Source: Nemertoderma westbladi (taxonomy: Eukaryota > Animalia > Xenacoelomorpha). From it: DNA of 33,126 nucleotides. Below the pieces are notes generated by a model. It searched no databases. It was not told the DNA's origin and saw only the letters and a list, made by a program, of their open reading frames with translations. This document shows, piece after piece, positions 22,725 through 33,126 of the stretch. A program made the position numbers and the translations under genes. How positions within the stretch are numbered: position 1 is the stretch's first letter; each line of letters starts with the position of its first letter. Where the stretch lies: the NCBI GenBank assembly GCA_032718475.1, contig JAUCBJ010006948.1, positions 1 through 33,126 of the forward strand, given 5' to 3'.

Positions 22725-25417
22725 TTAATTAAACTTCTTCTTGCCGTGGGGCCGTTGCCAACTAGCTCTGTTGGTCGTTAAACTAGTCATCGGCCGGAGC
22801 GACTGATCCGCCACGGTCTTCGGTTTAGCAACCGAAGGATCGTCGTGTTGCTTAATGACGAGGTTATCTCTCATCACGAGGGTGTTGAGTCTAACGTCGT
22901 GCTCTTCATTGCTATCATCCTTAACGACCTCGGCGAAGTTAACCTCGTGGTAGGAGACGGAATCCGAGACCAACCCGGGAAGGATCCCGATCCCGGACGC
23001 GGGTCGGTACGGATCCATCGAGCCGTTGTGGACGAGGAATCCGTCGACGAGGATTGCGAAGCCTCGAACCCCGCGACTCGGAGTCTTAGAGTAGTTCCAC
23101 AGCCGGACGGAAGTCGCCGTGACCGGCGCGTCGAAGACAACGTAGACCGCGGTCGCCACCCCCGGCAGCAGCGGCGCCAACCACGAGTGTCGGCCGCTGG
23201 AGGCGTCGTTAACCCCGTCGGTCAGCCGGTCCGCGGTTCGCACGTCCCCCTCGACCCCCTCCAACGCGTTCACGCTCGGCGGATTCGCGAAAACTCGTCC
23301 CCGCGTCGGCGCTACGTCCACTCCGTCCTCGTTGTACAACGCGATCCCGTTTAACCCGACGTAGTACAAATCCCCCCAAGTGGAACTCAACGCGATCCGG
23401 AAGATAAACCCACAAGGAAGTCCCGGACGACGGATTCGAGAACACTCGTCCATTACGTTTTGTTGCTCTGAGAAAACCACTTCTTGAGCGAAATCGAAGT
23501 CGGCATTCCCCGGACTGCGACGGAGTAGAAACCCGTTGGGGGGACTTAACGCGACTCCGTCCAACTCAACGTGGACTACCCGAGCCCCGCGGTTGGTGTC
23601 CTCCGCGCTCTTATTGTAGTTCCAAACGCGAATCCCGGCGAGCCGACGCGGACGACCTAGGCTCACGAGCAGCTCGTGGGTCGAGCCCTCCCCGCGGAAC
23701 GGCACCAACCACATGTGGACGTCGTTGGTGGTCCGGTTGGTCCCGTCCACGAGTTTATCGAGGGTGCGATCGTCGGCGGCGCAGCCCGGCAGGTGCCGGA
23801 GGTCCGCCGGCTCGGCGGCGAGCGCCGCCGCGGACAGCGGGATCGGGACGCCGCTGTCCGCGTCGACGACCTCCAACCCGGTCAATCCGAGGTAGTGGAC
23901 GTCGCCCCACGTCGCCGTGAAGTTCAACCGCAACGTCGACCCGCGAGGAAGCGAATCATCGAGTTTACTCGACTTCCCGTCGCCGACGATGGTTTCGCGA
24001 TTAAACGCGGAAGTAAATGGCCGTTTATTCGAGGATTCCATCTGAAGATCTGCCGTTAACGGCCTCCTCGGTTCCTCTGTTACTCTCTCCTCTTCACTAA
24101 CAACTTCATAAGTCTCATCGAATCGACTTATAGCCGATAGAACTTCGTCGTCCACGGTGAAGAGTATCGTATCCCCGAACTGTTCAACACCGTCGTCGTC
24201 CCGACTCCCGGCCCGCGCGATCTCCCCGACAAACACCGGAACGCCGTCCAGCCGGATCTCCGCGCGCCGCGCGCCGCGGTACGAGTGAGCCCGCGACTTG
24301 GCGTAGTTCCAGACGCGCACCATGGCGACGCGAGCCGGCTCCGTGAACCGCACCCGGACCGTGTGGTCCCGCCCCGGGGTGAACGGCGTCAACCAGAGGT
24401 GGCAGTCGTCGCTGGTCCGGTAGACGCCGTCGACGAGGTTCGCGGCCACGCGGGGGTCCGCGGAGTACTCCGGGAGCACGTTGATGTCCGCCGGGTCCGC
24501 GGAGACCGAGTCGATTCGCACCGGAGCCCCGGACGCGGAGAAAACCTCGATCCCGTTGAGGCCCAGGTAGTGGCGGTCGCCCCACGTAGTCGCGATGTGT
24601 AAGCTCAGGAGGCGACCAACAGGGAGTTCCGGAATGATAAACTCCCCGGAGGAACTCGCCTCCACTCCTCTCGCCTCCACTCCAACCTCCCCCAACACCT
24701 CGTCTAGGTCGGCCGCGTTCCCTAGTCTACCAACCTGCGAGCGGTTGAACTTATCGACAAGCCGCCACGACTCCTCCAACGGATCCACTCCCGCCACCCG
24801 TCTACCGCCACCCTGGTGGTGGCGACTCTCTCTGTGCGGCCACGACTCCAGATCGAGACTGTCGCAGCAGGACGCCTCCTCATGTCGACGTGATGTGTCC
24901 ACAATCAGTTCTCTGTACCACGATGGAGTATCCCCAGTAACTAAGGGAGTCTCTGTAACTAAAGGTAAAGGGGTGTCTGGTGCTGAAGGGTCTCCCTCCT
25001 GCAGTTTGAGGTTGAGTTGATGTATCATTGGCGGCTCTTCCAGGCTGCCTACCTGAGAAAAGCTACTGTCGTTTTCCAATAGTAGACTCTTTGTGATCGT
25101 CCTGGTGGGACAGCTGATGGACGCACTCACTCCGACCCTGGATGGGCCGTCGACTGGGGCATTCAGGTCGCTGTCAGACATCCCCCCCGTTCCGTCGCTA
25201 CTGGCCACCGCAGCGACGGAGCGCGATAGACCGTCCAGTCTGGCGGCTATCTGACCCCGGGAGCTCCGTCGAGGGCGCGGTTTGGGGCTCCGGGGCGTTC
25301 CGTCTGGTCTCGACGAATCGACTCCCTCCAACTGATCAGACCCATGGCCAAAAGGTTGCAGAGGAGACAGATCATCGTCCACCTGCTGGAGGATGTTATC
25401 TTCCTGGTGTGAATGAT
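22725..25417 (-). CDS. KATNIP: Katanin-interacting protein (KIAA0556), exon 2, with three DUF4457-like repeats
   Basis: Repeated motifs TWGDRHYLGLNGIEVF, TWGDVHYLGLTGLEV and TWGDLYYVGLNGI, each followed by NLVDG/KLVDG/RLTDG, a HxWL motif and R(V/L)WNY; acceptor ttttttcatcgcag|AT with AG at 25419-25418, phase 1. Confidence 0.93.
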
Positions 25418-25507
25418 CTGCGATGAAAAAAAATTTCATTTTATAAATACTTTAATTATATTTAAGAAAGAGAAATGCCGCAGGCTTATGTTTAAGATAG
25501 GTAACAT

Positions 25508-25538
<31 letters not shown>

Positions 25539-25968
25539 TTATACCGTAAAATTTTTACCTTGCAACATAAAATGTGATCTATAACATTTTTAAAATTATT
25601 TACATTGCCTTAGCTTTACCAAGCTCAGGTTGTTGTCATAGCAGTGTATAATAGAGTTATCAAATTTCAACTTCAAGCATTGTTATTGTATATTTGGGCC
25701 ATTTGTAACACATTTTTTTTTATTTCTGCTGTGTTTCAAGTAGCCCGAAGGTGGGATTACTTGAAACATCACACAATATCAATTAGGCAGTGCAATTGCT
25801 ATCCATATATCTACTATTGCATGTGTATTTGAGGCGGATGTCCAGGATATTGGCAAGGAATAGGGCTGCATTAATCAAAGTAGCTAGAAGTGAATATAAA
25901 ATAATCATCTATACAAAAATAAGGCCTGTACCGCTCCGGTATATAATATTAAATAATAAAAATCCCAC
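25418..25968 (-). other. 551-bp GT-AG intron of KATNIP
   Basis: Donor CAG|GTGGGA at 25968 and acceptor CAG|AT; both phase 1, joining G+AT=Asp; the spliced CDS is 4335 nt, divisible by 3. Confidence 0.85.
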
Positions 25969-27610
25969 CTGAATCTAATAAACATTTAGACCCAAATACT
26001 TTATGACCAACTTCATCTCCAATGTTTATAGACAGACTATAATCGTCGCGCTGGTTGCCGCAACCTCTTGGGAGTCGACCTTCCCAACGAACAGCGTCGT
26101 TTACTAAAACCCGGACTATGTTAGCGCCAACATCGAGACAATTAGGATCGTTGAAGTTCCACAATCGAACGAAGGAACACCTCCCGCCAATCGGGATGCA
26201 GACAAAGACGCTATTCCCAGACAACTTACAACTTAACATATGTTTACTCTCTATTGTTTTACACGCCCCATCGAATAGGACATATACTGATTCGTTGAGT
26301 CCAAAGGCGTTCGACGTATACAATAAATCAGTATCAATAATAATAGGTTTGTAATCCTGATCAAACAACTCAATAGCGGTTAACCCAATTCGGTTTGAAT
26401 CTCCCCAGTTACTGGTTAACTCAATCGAAACTGTATAGAATAGAGTTTCATTTTGTAAATTTATATAACTTGTAGTTTCTAGAGATTCCTTTGTATTCTT
26501 CGGTGAGGATATCCGCGTCAAATTTGAGTTTAATGATCTCCTTGTATCCGGCGAAACATCGTAATTAGTGTCAATGTCATCCAGTAAACTTATAAGTAGT
26601 TGTTGGTGACGAATGTCCAAGTGTCGAATTCTATTGACGAGGGTTTCTAAGGTTTCTTCGTTAAGATTATTGTTATTATTAACTGGAGGTTTACTGCTGA
26701 CAGTTTCTGTAGATTTAGGAACTTCCTTTGGAAGAAGGTTATCATTTCGTCTCGCTGAGTCGACCCTGTTATTCTCCTCCTCAATAGCCTTTATTACATC
26801 AGCACTGACTTTCGATTCCACGTTAATAATGTCTTTACGCTTCACACCAGATATCGGCCGACTTACACTTTTAGTCATAGGGGGTTTAAATTCGACTTCG
26901 CGAGTTTGTGGTTTAGATTGCACTTCCCTTGCGTTTACGGTTCTAATCATTCCCAAAAGCTTTGTACTTTTTGAAGATGGTTGCTGAAATGATTGAAGTG
27001 GGGTATCATCGTCATCATTAGTTATTATAGCCTCATTACATTCTTCTTCGATATCATCACATACATCAATTTCATTGTCTTCGATATTAACATTACCGGT
27101 ATTCAATGTCATATTAGATGCTTCTAAACTTTGACGGAGTGCTTTAACGTCAGATAACGTAAGTAATAAATGATCACGAATATCAATGTCACTGGACTCT
27201 TCGTCATCATCAAAATCATCCTCGTAATCAGCTTCATCCTCTCTATTTCCGACTATAAAACTCCTGCCGGTCAACGTTTTCAGCGGCATTTCTTCCACCC
27301 CAGACCAAGTTGCTCTAGGCGTTTTACTTCTCGAGTATTCAAGTGTCTTTCCGACAGGAACTGATCCATCACTGTCAGCGTTAACGCATCCAGTAGTGAC
27401 TGTGTTGTTACTAAAACACGCATTATTTTGAGGCGATGTTTTGTTCATCACGGTATTTGCGCCATTAAGGTACAATGCGAAGCCTTGCTCACGTTTCTCT
27501 AAACTGATTTGCCTTGCGTTTTTCGGTTTCTGACTTTCTCTGATAATTTTATTCCTGACCTGTAACATCTGGATATGTTCGAACTGCCTTGATATATGAT
27601 CGGATTCCAT
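25969..27610 (-). CDS. KATNIP: Katanin-interacting protein (KIAA0556), exon 1
   Basis: N-terminal LQVRNKII...LEKREQGFALYLNGAN resembles the conserved KATNIP N-terminal motif (recalled as LQQRNR...LEQGFSVYVNGAN); first repeat SNWGDSNRIGLTAIELF...RLWNFN; an in-frame TGA lies just upstream of the ATG. Confidence 0.9.
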
Positions 27611-29049
27611 AACGATATCGATTCATACATGTAGGCCTACATATCCCATCCCACTGTCCCATCAATCTGCAATCGGATTGGCATTCATGGCATTCATGAG
27701 TCTACCACTCTGACTCCACTACATCTACAGATACCGTACCAACGGTATAGGCCTACTGTTCAGACTAACACTTACATACTAATATACCACAGCCCGTCGG
27801 TTATGGTGCGTTAGGCAGATGGGGAAAGAAGGAGGCTGTGCAGTGTGCAGTGAGAGTTGGACAAGAAGCCTAGTAGATGAGAAATCACACTCGGCCCGAG
27901 TCTGCCGAAATATAAATTGCGCACGAATGCGCTGTTTGTGTACAAATACCGGCCTGCCGGCTGACCGGTAATCAAGCTGTCAAGCCCTGGACTTGTCCGG
28001 AATTGACCAAGCTGCCAAGCACAATTCCGGAAATAATGGTAGAGGCAATGCAGACTCAAAAGTGGCTCTGATCAAAATAACCAATTATGTTGCACCAATT
28101 ACAGACAGAGAATGAAAGTGATACCAATGTGATATATATATATGTCTGTAAAATGAGGTTTCAACATTCACCCTATTTCTTTTTTGCCAACAATGTTATA
28201 TTGATATCCAAGCAGCTCGTAAAATAGGCCTACTAAAATAGTGGAGCATATTTTTTAGTTTAGTTTAGTTTAATTACGCCAGTATCAATAAAAATATATC
28301 TCAAAAGTCAAACATACAAACACAAATGACAGAAATAAAGATAATCCATGATTAGGACAAAATTACAGTAAAATTAAATTTCAATATGAAGGTAATTTAC
28401 GTACGTACTGTAATGTAATATATACACGTTCTGTTATACAGTCTGCATTGCACCAAGATAAATACTTATACATATTCAGATATTATAAACAATTGGTTTT
28501 CGCAATGGCTGGCAAGTTACGCAGTTGCGTTTTAAGGCGGGAATAAAATATAAATAAAAAATAGATTAATTAATTAAAGATACAATTCGATAAAATATTA
28601 ATAAAAAAAATAGATTAATTAATTAAAGATAAAATTCGATAAAAAAAAACAAATATTAAGTCAAGACAAGAAATATATTCCTCGAACCAGCCACATATGT
28701 AATGTAATCATTAGATTTACAGTATATTTCTAAATTCATTGCAATATTGCAGTATATTACATTATTACTTCTGTACTTTCTTTATTATAAAAGGGCAGTG
28801 ATTTTTTATATCCTTTTATTTGACTTTTTTTGTCCTCCTTTTTTTACGAATTGTGCATAATGACTTTTGTTGTCCCTTTAATGACTTTTGTTGTCCTTTT
28901 AATGACTTTTTATGTACCGGTCAGCCGGTATGTATTTTTTCAAACTGTCAGACTGCTGATTTCTGGACTGTGTCAGACAGTTGATTTCAACATGCCTATG
29001 CCAAAACATTCAAAATTTGTTGATTTCTGGTGGGGACGTCTATTTACAC

Positions 29050-29160
29050 CAAAAACACACAAAAACACACAAAAACTCACAAAAACACACAAAAACACAC
29101 AAAAACTCACAAAAACACACAAAAACATACAAAAACACACAAAAACAGACAAAAACATAC
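29050..29160. repeat. 10-bp microsatellite CAAAAACACA, ~11 copies
   Basis: Directly visible. Confidence 0.9.
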
Positions 29161-30513
29161 GGCATATATATGAAATGCCTGCAAAGGTAATTATCATTGC
29201 GGTTTGGGTTGTTGTCTGTTTGTATGCCTGTTTGTCTGTGTGGATGTAATTAATTGTAATCCAAAACGCAATAGTCAGATAGTTATTGCTGAAATACCTA
29301 TAGGCATAGTCCAGTAGGGTGTTTAGGCTGACGGGTCAGCCTAATCACCCAACTACACCCAACTACACCCAGCTACACCCAACTTTCACCCAACTACACC
29401 CAACTTTCACCCAACTACACCCAGCTACACCCAACTTTCACCCAACTACACCCAGCTACACCCAACTTTCACCCAACTACACCCAACTTTCACCCAACTA
29501 CCACCCAACTACACAGCTACACACAACTTTCACCAACTACACCCAACTATACCACCCATCTACACCCAACTCTGCAAATACACCAAACTTCAACGTTCAA
29601 CACAACAGCATCCAACTTACACCAAACTATACTGTATGGCACCTATCTTCCACAAATTACAATATGTACAGTAACAAACTCTGAACTTCTTTGAGGAATT
29701 GCTGAGATATGAACTTTTAAAAGTTGCATGTACTCGTGCTGTATTTTGCCATCACTGCCCTGCAATTATGAAAATAACTAACTAACATTTTATTTTTATT
29801 GCAGGTTGATTCTAGAATAATTGATGAATTTAGCAATAAATATACAAAGGAGAGACACAGAGACTATTGACGAACGATCCAGATACCTATAGATGTCTAC
29901 ACATACCACGCATCAAAACTCCAAACTAAACTGGCGCTGTGGGATTGCGGTGAAAATGAAAACGGTATTGATACAAAGGAGGGTCACCGTCACAGCCTTA
30001 ACGACGAAATCGCATTGGAAACTTCTGTTATGGGAATAGCAATGCAGATAATTCGTACAAAGTTAATGGACATAAGTTCTATATTATACAGTATGTTTAA
30101 TGCAATTATAATAATGTAATTATCCTTTATGTATCATAGAATACAAGAAAAAAAACTGTAACATTATTTTCAGCTTCTTTATCTTAAACTTTATGGCCTT
30201 TATACTGTATTAATTAATTTTTAACGAAACAACAGAAACAATTTTAGAACTTTTTACATTTCTCATTACATTTTACATGTCTCAAGTTTACACTCCATTT
30301 GGCTCCCTGATCCAATCTTAATGGTTAGCAAATAAAGTACTTTCTGTATAATATAGGCGAATAATAAATTTATCATGGAACCAAAATAATAAACGAAAGA
30401 TAAGATCAAATTAATATAAAGGCCACGAAGTTTAGAATAAAACTGTTGAAAATAAAGACTACTGTATGTTACAATCTTTCTTGTAATATGATACATAAAG
30501 GATAATTATAATA

Positions 30514-30641
30514 TTTTATTGTTAAATTTCTGAATTACTTAACGCTCGTCCTTGGACAAGCCGTAAATACAGTAGATAGATGGATTATTTGCGGCTCGTC
30601 CATAGACGAGCGTTAAGTAATCAAGAAATTTAACAATAAAA
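30514..30641. repeat. Imperfect palindrome with ~55-bp arms (hairpin MITE) nested in the Foldback
   Basis: ttttattgttaaatttct..ttacttaacgctcgtc..tggac.agccg / cggctcgtcca..gacgagcgttaagtaa..agaaatttaacaataaaa. Confidence 0.85.
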
Positions 30642-31181
30642 CAACGTATTATAGTGTATAATGTACTTTTATCTCACTTCGGTCCCTCGTTTCAATATTT
30701 CACTAACTCGAATATGATAATAACTCGAAATAAATTTTCCAGTATTTACTAATTATCATAGTGCGTTAAGGCTCGCCTTTACTACGTGGCTCGCATGTTC
30801 TCGCTGTTATGCCTCAGAACTAAACATTAGATATATTGTACTGTATGTCCTACTCATCTTCACATCCAAAAAAGCGACGTAGATTAGGATTTGTATGGTT
30901 TTTGACAATTTTATAATTTGCTTTATAATTTTTTATTTTCAAAAATCCTGACCTGCGAGAAAGTGGTGAAAGGTAAGTGTAGTTGGGTGGAAGTGAGACA
31001 ATGTTGAGTGTACTGTACTTGGGTGATAGTTGGGTGTAGTTGGGCGGAGAATTGGGTGTAGTTGGGTGAAAGTTGGGTGTTGTTGGGGGTAGTTGGGTGA
31101 AAGTTGGGTGTAGTTGGGTGGAAGTGGAGTGTAATTAAGAATTAATCGTGGAGAATTAGAATTGAGTGGAGAATTAATCGG

Positions 31182-31340
31182 AAACTCAAGGTCCGATTAT
31201 TTAGAGCAGCAGTAGTTCCAGTACTCCTCTACGGGAGTCCATGCTGGGCTCTAACTGCTGAGGACACCAAATCTCTGGATGGCACATTCACAAGAATGCT
31301 ACGCCGGGTTCATTGTGTCAAGTACAATGCACACATTAGT
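31182..31340 (+). mobile_element. Fragment of an RTE-clade non-LTR retrotransposon ORF (region C-terminal to RT)
   Basis: Translates as KLKVRLFRAAVVPVLLYGSPCWALTAEDTKSLDGTFTRMLRRVHCVKYNAHIS, matching the RTE/RTEX post-RT pattern K.RLF...V..VLLYG...W.LT......LDG...RMLR. Confidence 0.8.
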
Positions 31341-31793
31341 TTGGAAACCTCAATGTTGATCACATGAGGATTTTCGAATGGGTGGAATGTCTGAAAGATT
31401 AAATACACTTCTCCCATTTCGTTGTTTGTAATAAAATAAGCTGAATATTGTCACATCCTACTGTACATATACTGTATGTACTAGAGACCACAAGCCGCGT
31501 CTATATGATTACGTTGATCAACGTCTGCAATTCTCTACCCTAGTGTGATGAATTATTATTTCTACTACTGTAAGATCTGTAATGTATAACGATCTTATCG
31601 ATTCTCATACTGTAGAGATCTTGTCCATTCTGGCATCGTCTGTATGTGAAGATCATAATAAGTTCCTTGCAGAAATTCCCTTGACCTGTACAGATCTTAC
31701 CAGATCCCCTTTTAGTTTATCAAAAATGTAAAATGTTCTAAAATTATTGCTGTTGTTTCGTTAAAAATTAATTAATATAAAGGCCATAAAGTT

Positions 31794-32043
31794 CGCCCAT
31801 GTGAATAATACCAGGATTTCACTTTTCGGTCGACATTTTATTGGAATTTTATGTATGAAGATTTTTTACTTTTTTTTAATTTATCTTTTTGATACGTTTC
31901 GTTTTGATACGGCTAAATTTCGTTTATTGTTTTGGTTAGATTCAGCCCTTTTGTAACCTGTGATTTTAATGAAAACCTGGGATTCTTCACATGGGGGCAA
32001 CTGCAAAGTGAAATATATAACGGCAGAAAGTGTTTACATGGGC
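31794..32043. mobile_element. ~250-bp insertion in the right Foldback arm, CCCATGTGAA-type ends
   Basis: Absent from the left arm at ~30186; begins cgcccatgtgaa and has ttcacatggggg and tttacatgggc at the other end; same layout as 6462-6618. Confidence 0.7.
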
Positions 32044-33126
32044 TCAAGATTAAAATAAAGCTGCTGAAAATAATGTTACAGTTCTTTTTCTTGTATTCTA
32101 TGATACATAAAGGATAATTACATTATTATAATTGCATTAAACATGCTGTATAATATAGAACTTATGTCCATTAACTTTGTACGAATTATCTGCATTGCTA
32201 TTCCCATAACAGAAGTTTCCAATGCGATTTCGTCGTTAAGGCTGTGACGTTGACCCCCCTGTGTATCAATACCGTTTTCATTTTCACCACAATCCCACAG
32301 CGCCAGTTTAGTTTTATACTGTAGCTTGGATCGTTCGTCAATAGTCTCTGCGTCTCTCCTTTGTATATTTATTTCTAAATTCATCAATTATTCTAGAACC
32401 AACCTGCAATAAATATAAAACGTTAGTTTGTTATTTTCATAATTGCTCAGCAGTGGGGGCAACATACAGTACATGAAACATTTAAAAGCTCATATCTCAG
32501 CAATTCCTCAAAGAGTTTGTTACTGTACATATTGTAATTTGTGGAAGTTTGGTGCCATACAGTAGGTATAGTTTGGTGTAAGTTGGATTCAGAGTGGAAG
32601 TGGAAGTGCAGTGGAAGTTGGGTGTAGTGGGGTGGAACTGTGTGGGGTGTAGTTGGGTGAAAGTTGGGTGTAGTTGGGTGTAGTTGGGTGTAGTTGGGTG
32701 TAGTTGGGTGAAAGTTGGGTGTAGTTGGGTGAAAGTTGGGTGTAGTTGGGTGTTTAGGCTGACCGTCCAGTAGTCTACACTCTACAGATACCTTCAGTAT
32801 AAATTAGATCATTGATGCACTCGATCCTCTGTGGAATCCCCATTATGAACATCACATATATTTCGCCTGGACGGATGCATCGCGCTTATTCAATCTAAAC
32901 ATTACTATATGATTGTGATCAGGCAGGCAGGTTATGGTTGATATCAGTTAATGCGATGCCTTTGATAAATTGTGCAAAGGGCGATTAAGTACTTTAATAC
33001 AGTAGATAGTGTGGTTGCGTTTTCGCCAACATCTCTTTCCAAGCTTGGTGAGAATAACTCTTCCGGGAAGAAAAATATACTCGATTTATGACTACTATCA
33101 TCTGATCATATGTTGACGTCACATTA

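Larger units (their letters stand above)
29318..32764. mobile_element. Foldback/Mutator-like element, ~3.4 kb, with ~0.9-1 kb modular inverted arms
   Basis: Termini GGTCAGCCTAA (29334) / TTAGGCTGACC (32764); outer arms of CACCCAACTA/CACCCAACTTT repeats; inner arm ~29610-30260 matches 31720-32590 in reverse; 9-bp TSD GTCCAGTAG at 29309-29317 and 32765-32773. Confidence 0.88.

Noticed and set aside
22845-25426. Multiple overlapping ORFs within KATNIP exon 2
   Set aside because: Stop-poor shadow frames of GC-rich coding sequence.
25418-25439. MKFFFIA as the start of a separate 904-aa protein
   Set aside because: This is the intron's polypyrimidine tract and acceptor; the splice phase matches exon 1.
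28830-29684. ORFs with KTHKNTQ or PTFTQLH repeats
   Set aside because: Translations of 10-11 bp microsatellite and TIR repeats.
32118-32387. 89-aa ORF in the right Foldback arm
   Set aside because: The left-arm copy has an insertion in this stretch and there is no recognisable domain.

Overview
Repeat-rich eukaryotic DNA, probably from an invertebrate animal, read with the standard code. One clear host gene: KATNIP/KIAA0556 on the minus strand, with two large exons (27610-25969 and 25417-22725, ~1444 aa) and four DUF4457-like repeats. A second, intronless ORF (15182-16303, +) encodes a type I membrane protein with a tyrosine/PxPxPR-rich tail. It carries one in-frame TAA inside its signal peptide and lies just downstream of a solo LTR (13975-14558, 5-bp TSD TATAC). 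The left end holds a long minus-strand ORF missed by the ORF track (1733 to <1, split by an in-frame TAA TAA, runs off the window). It is preceded by a ~2.2 kb repeat-bearing leader and a 580-bp TG...CA unit with 108-bp near-perfect inverted termini abutting a 1.8-kb G-rich satellite; this may be the 5' end of an unusual retroelement. The rest is non-autonomous DNA transposons: hAT MITEs, a Mutator-like element with a 37-bp minisatellite, and a 3.4-kb Foldback element carrying an RTE LINE fragment and an extra right-end/left-end junction. Palindromes and many poly-G/C tracts are also present. All coordinates were counted by hand; no searches were run.
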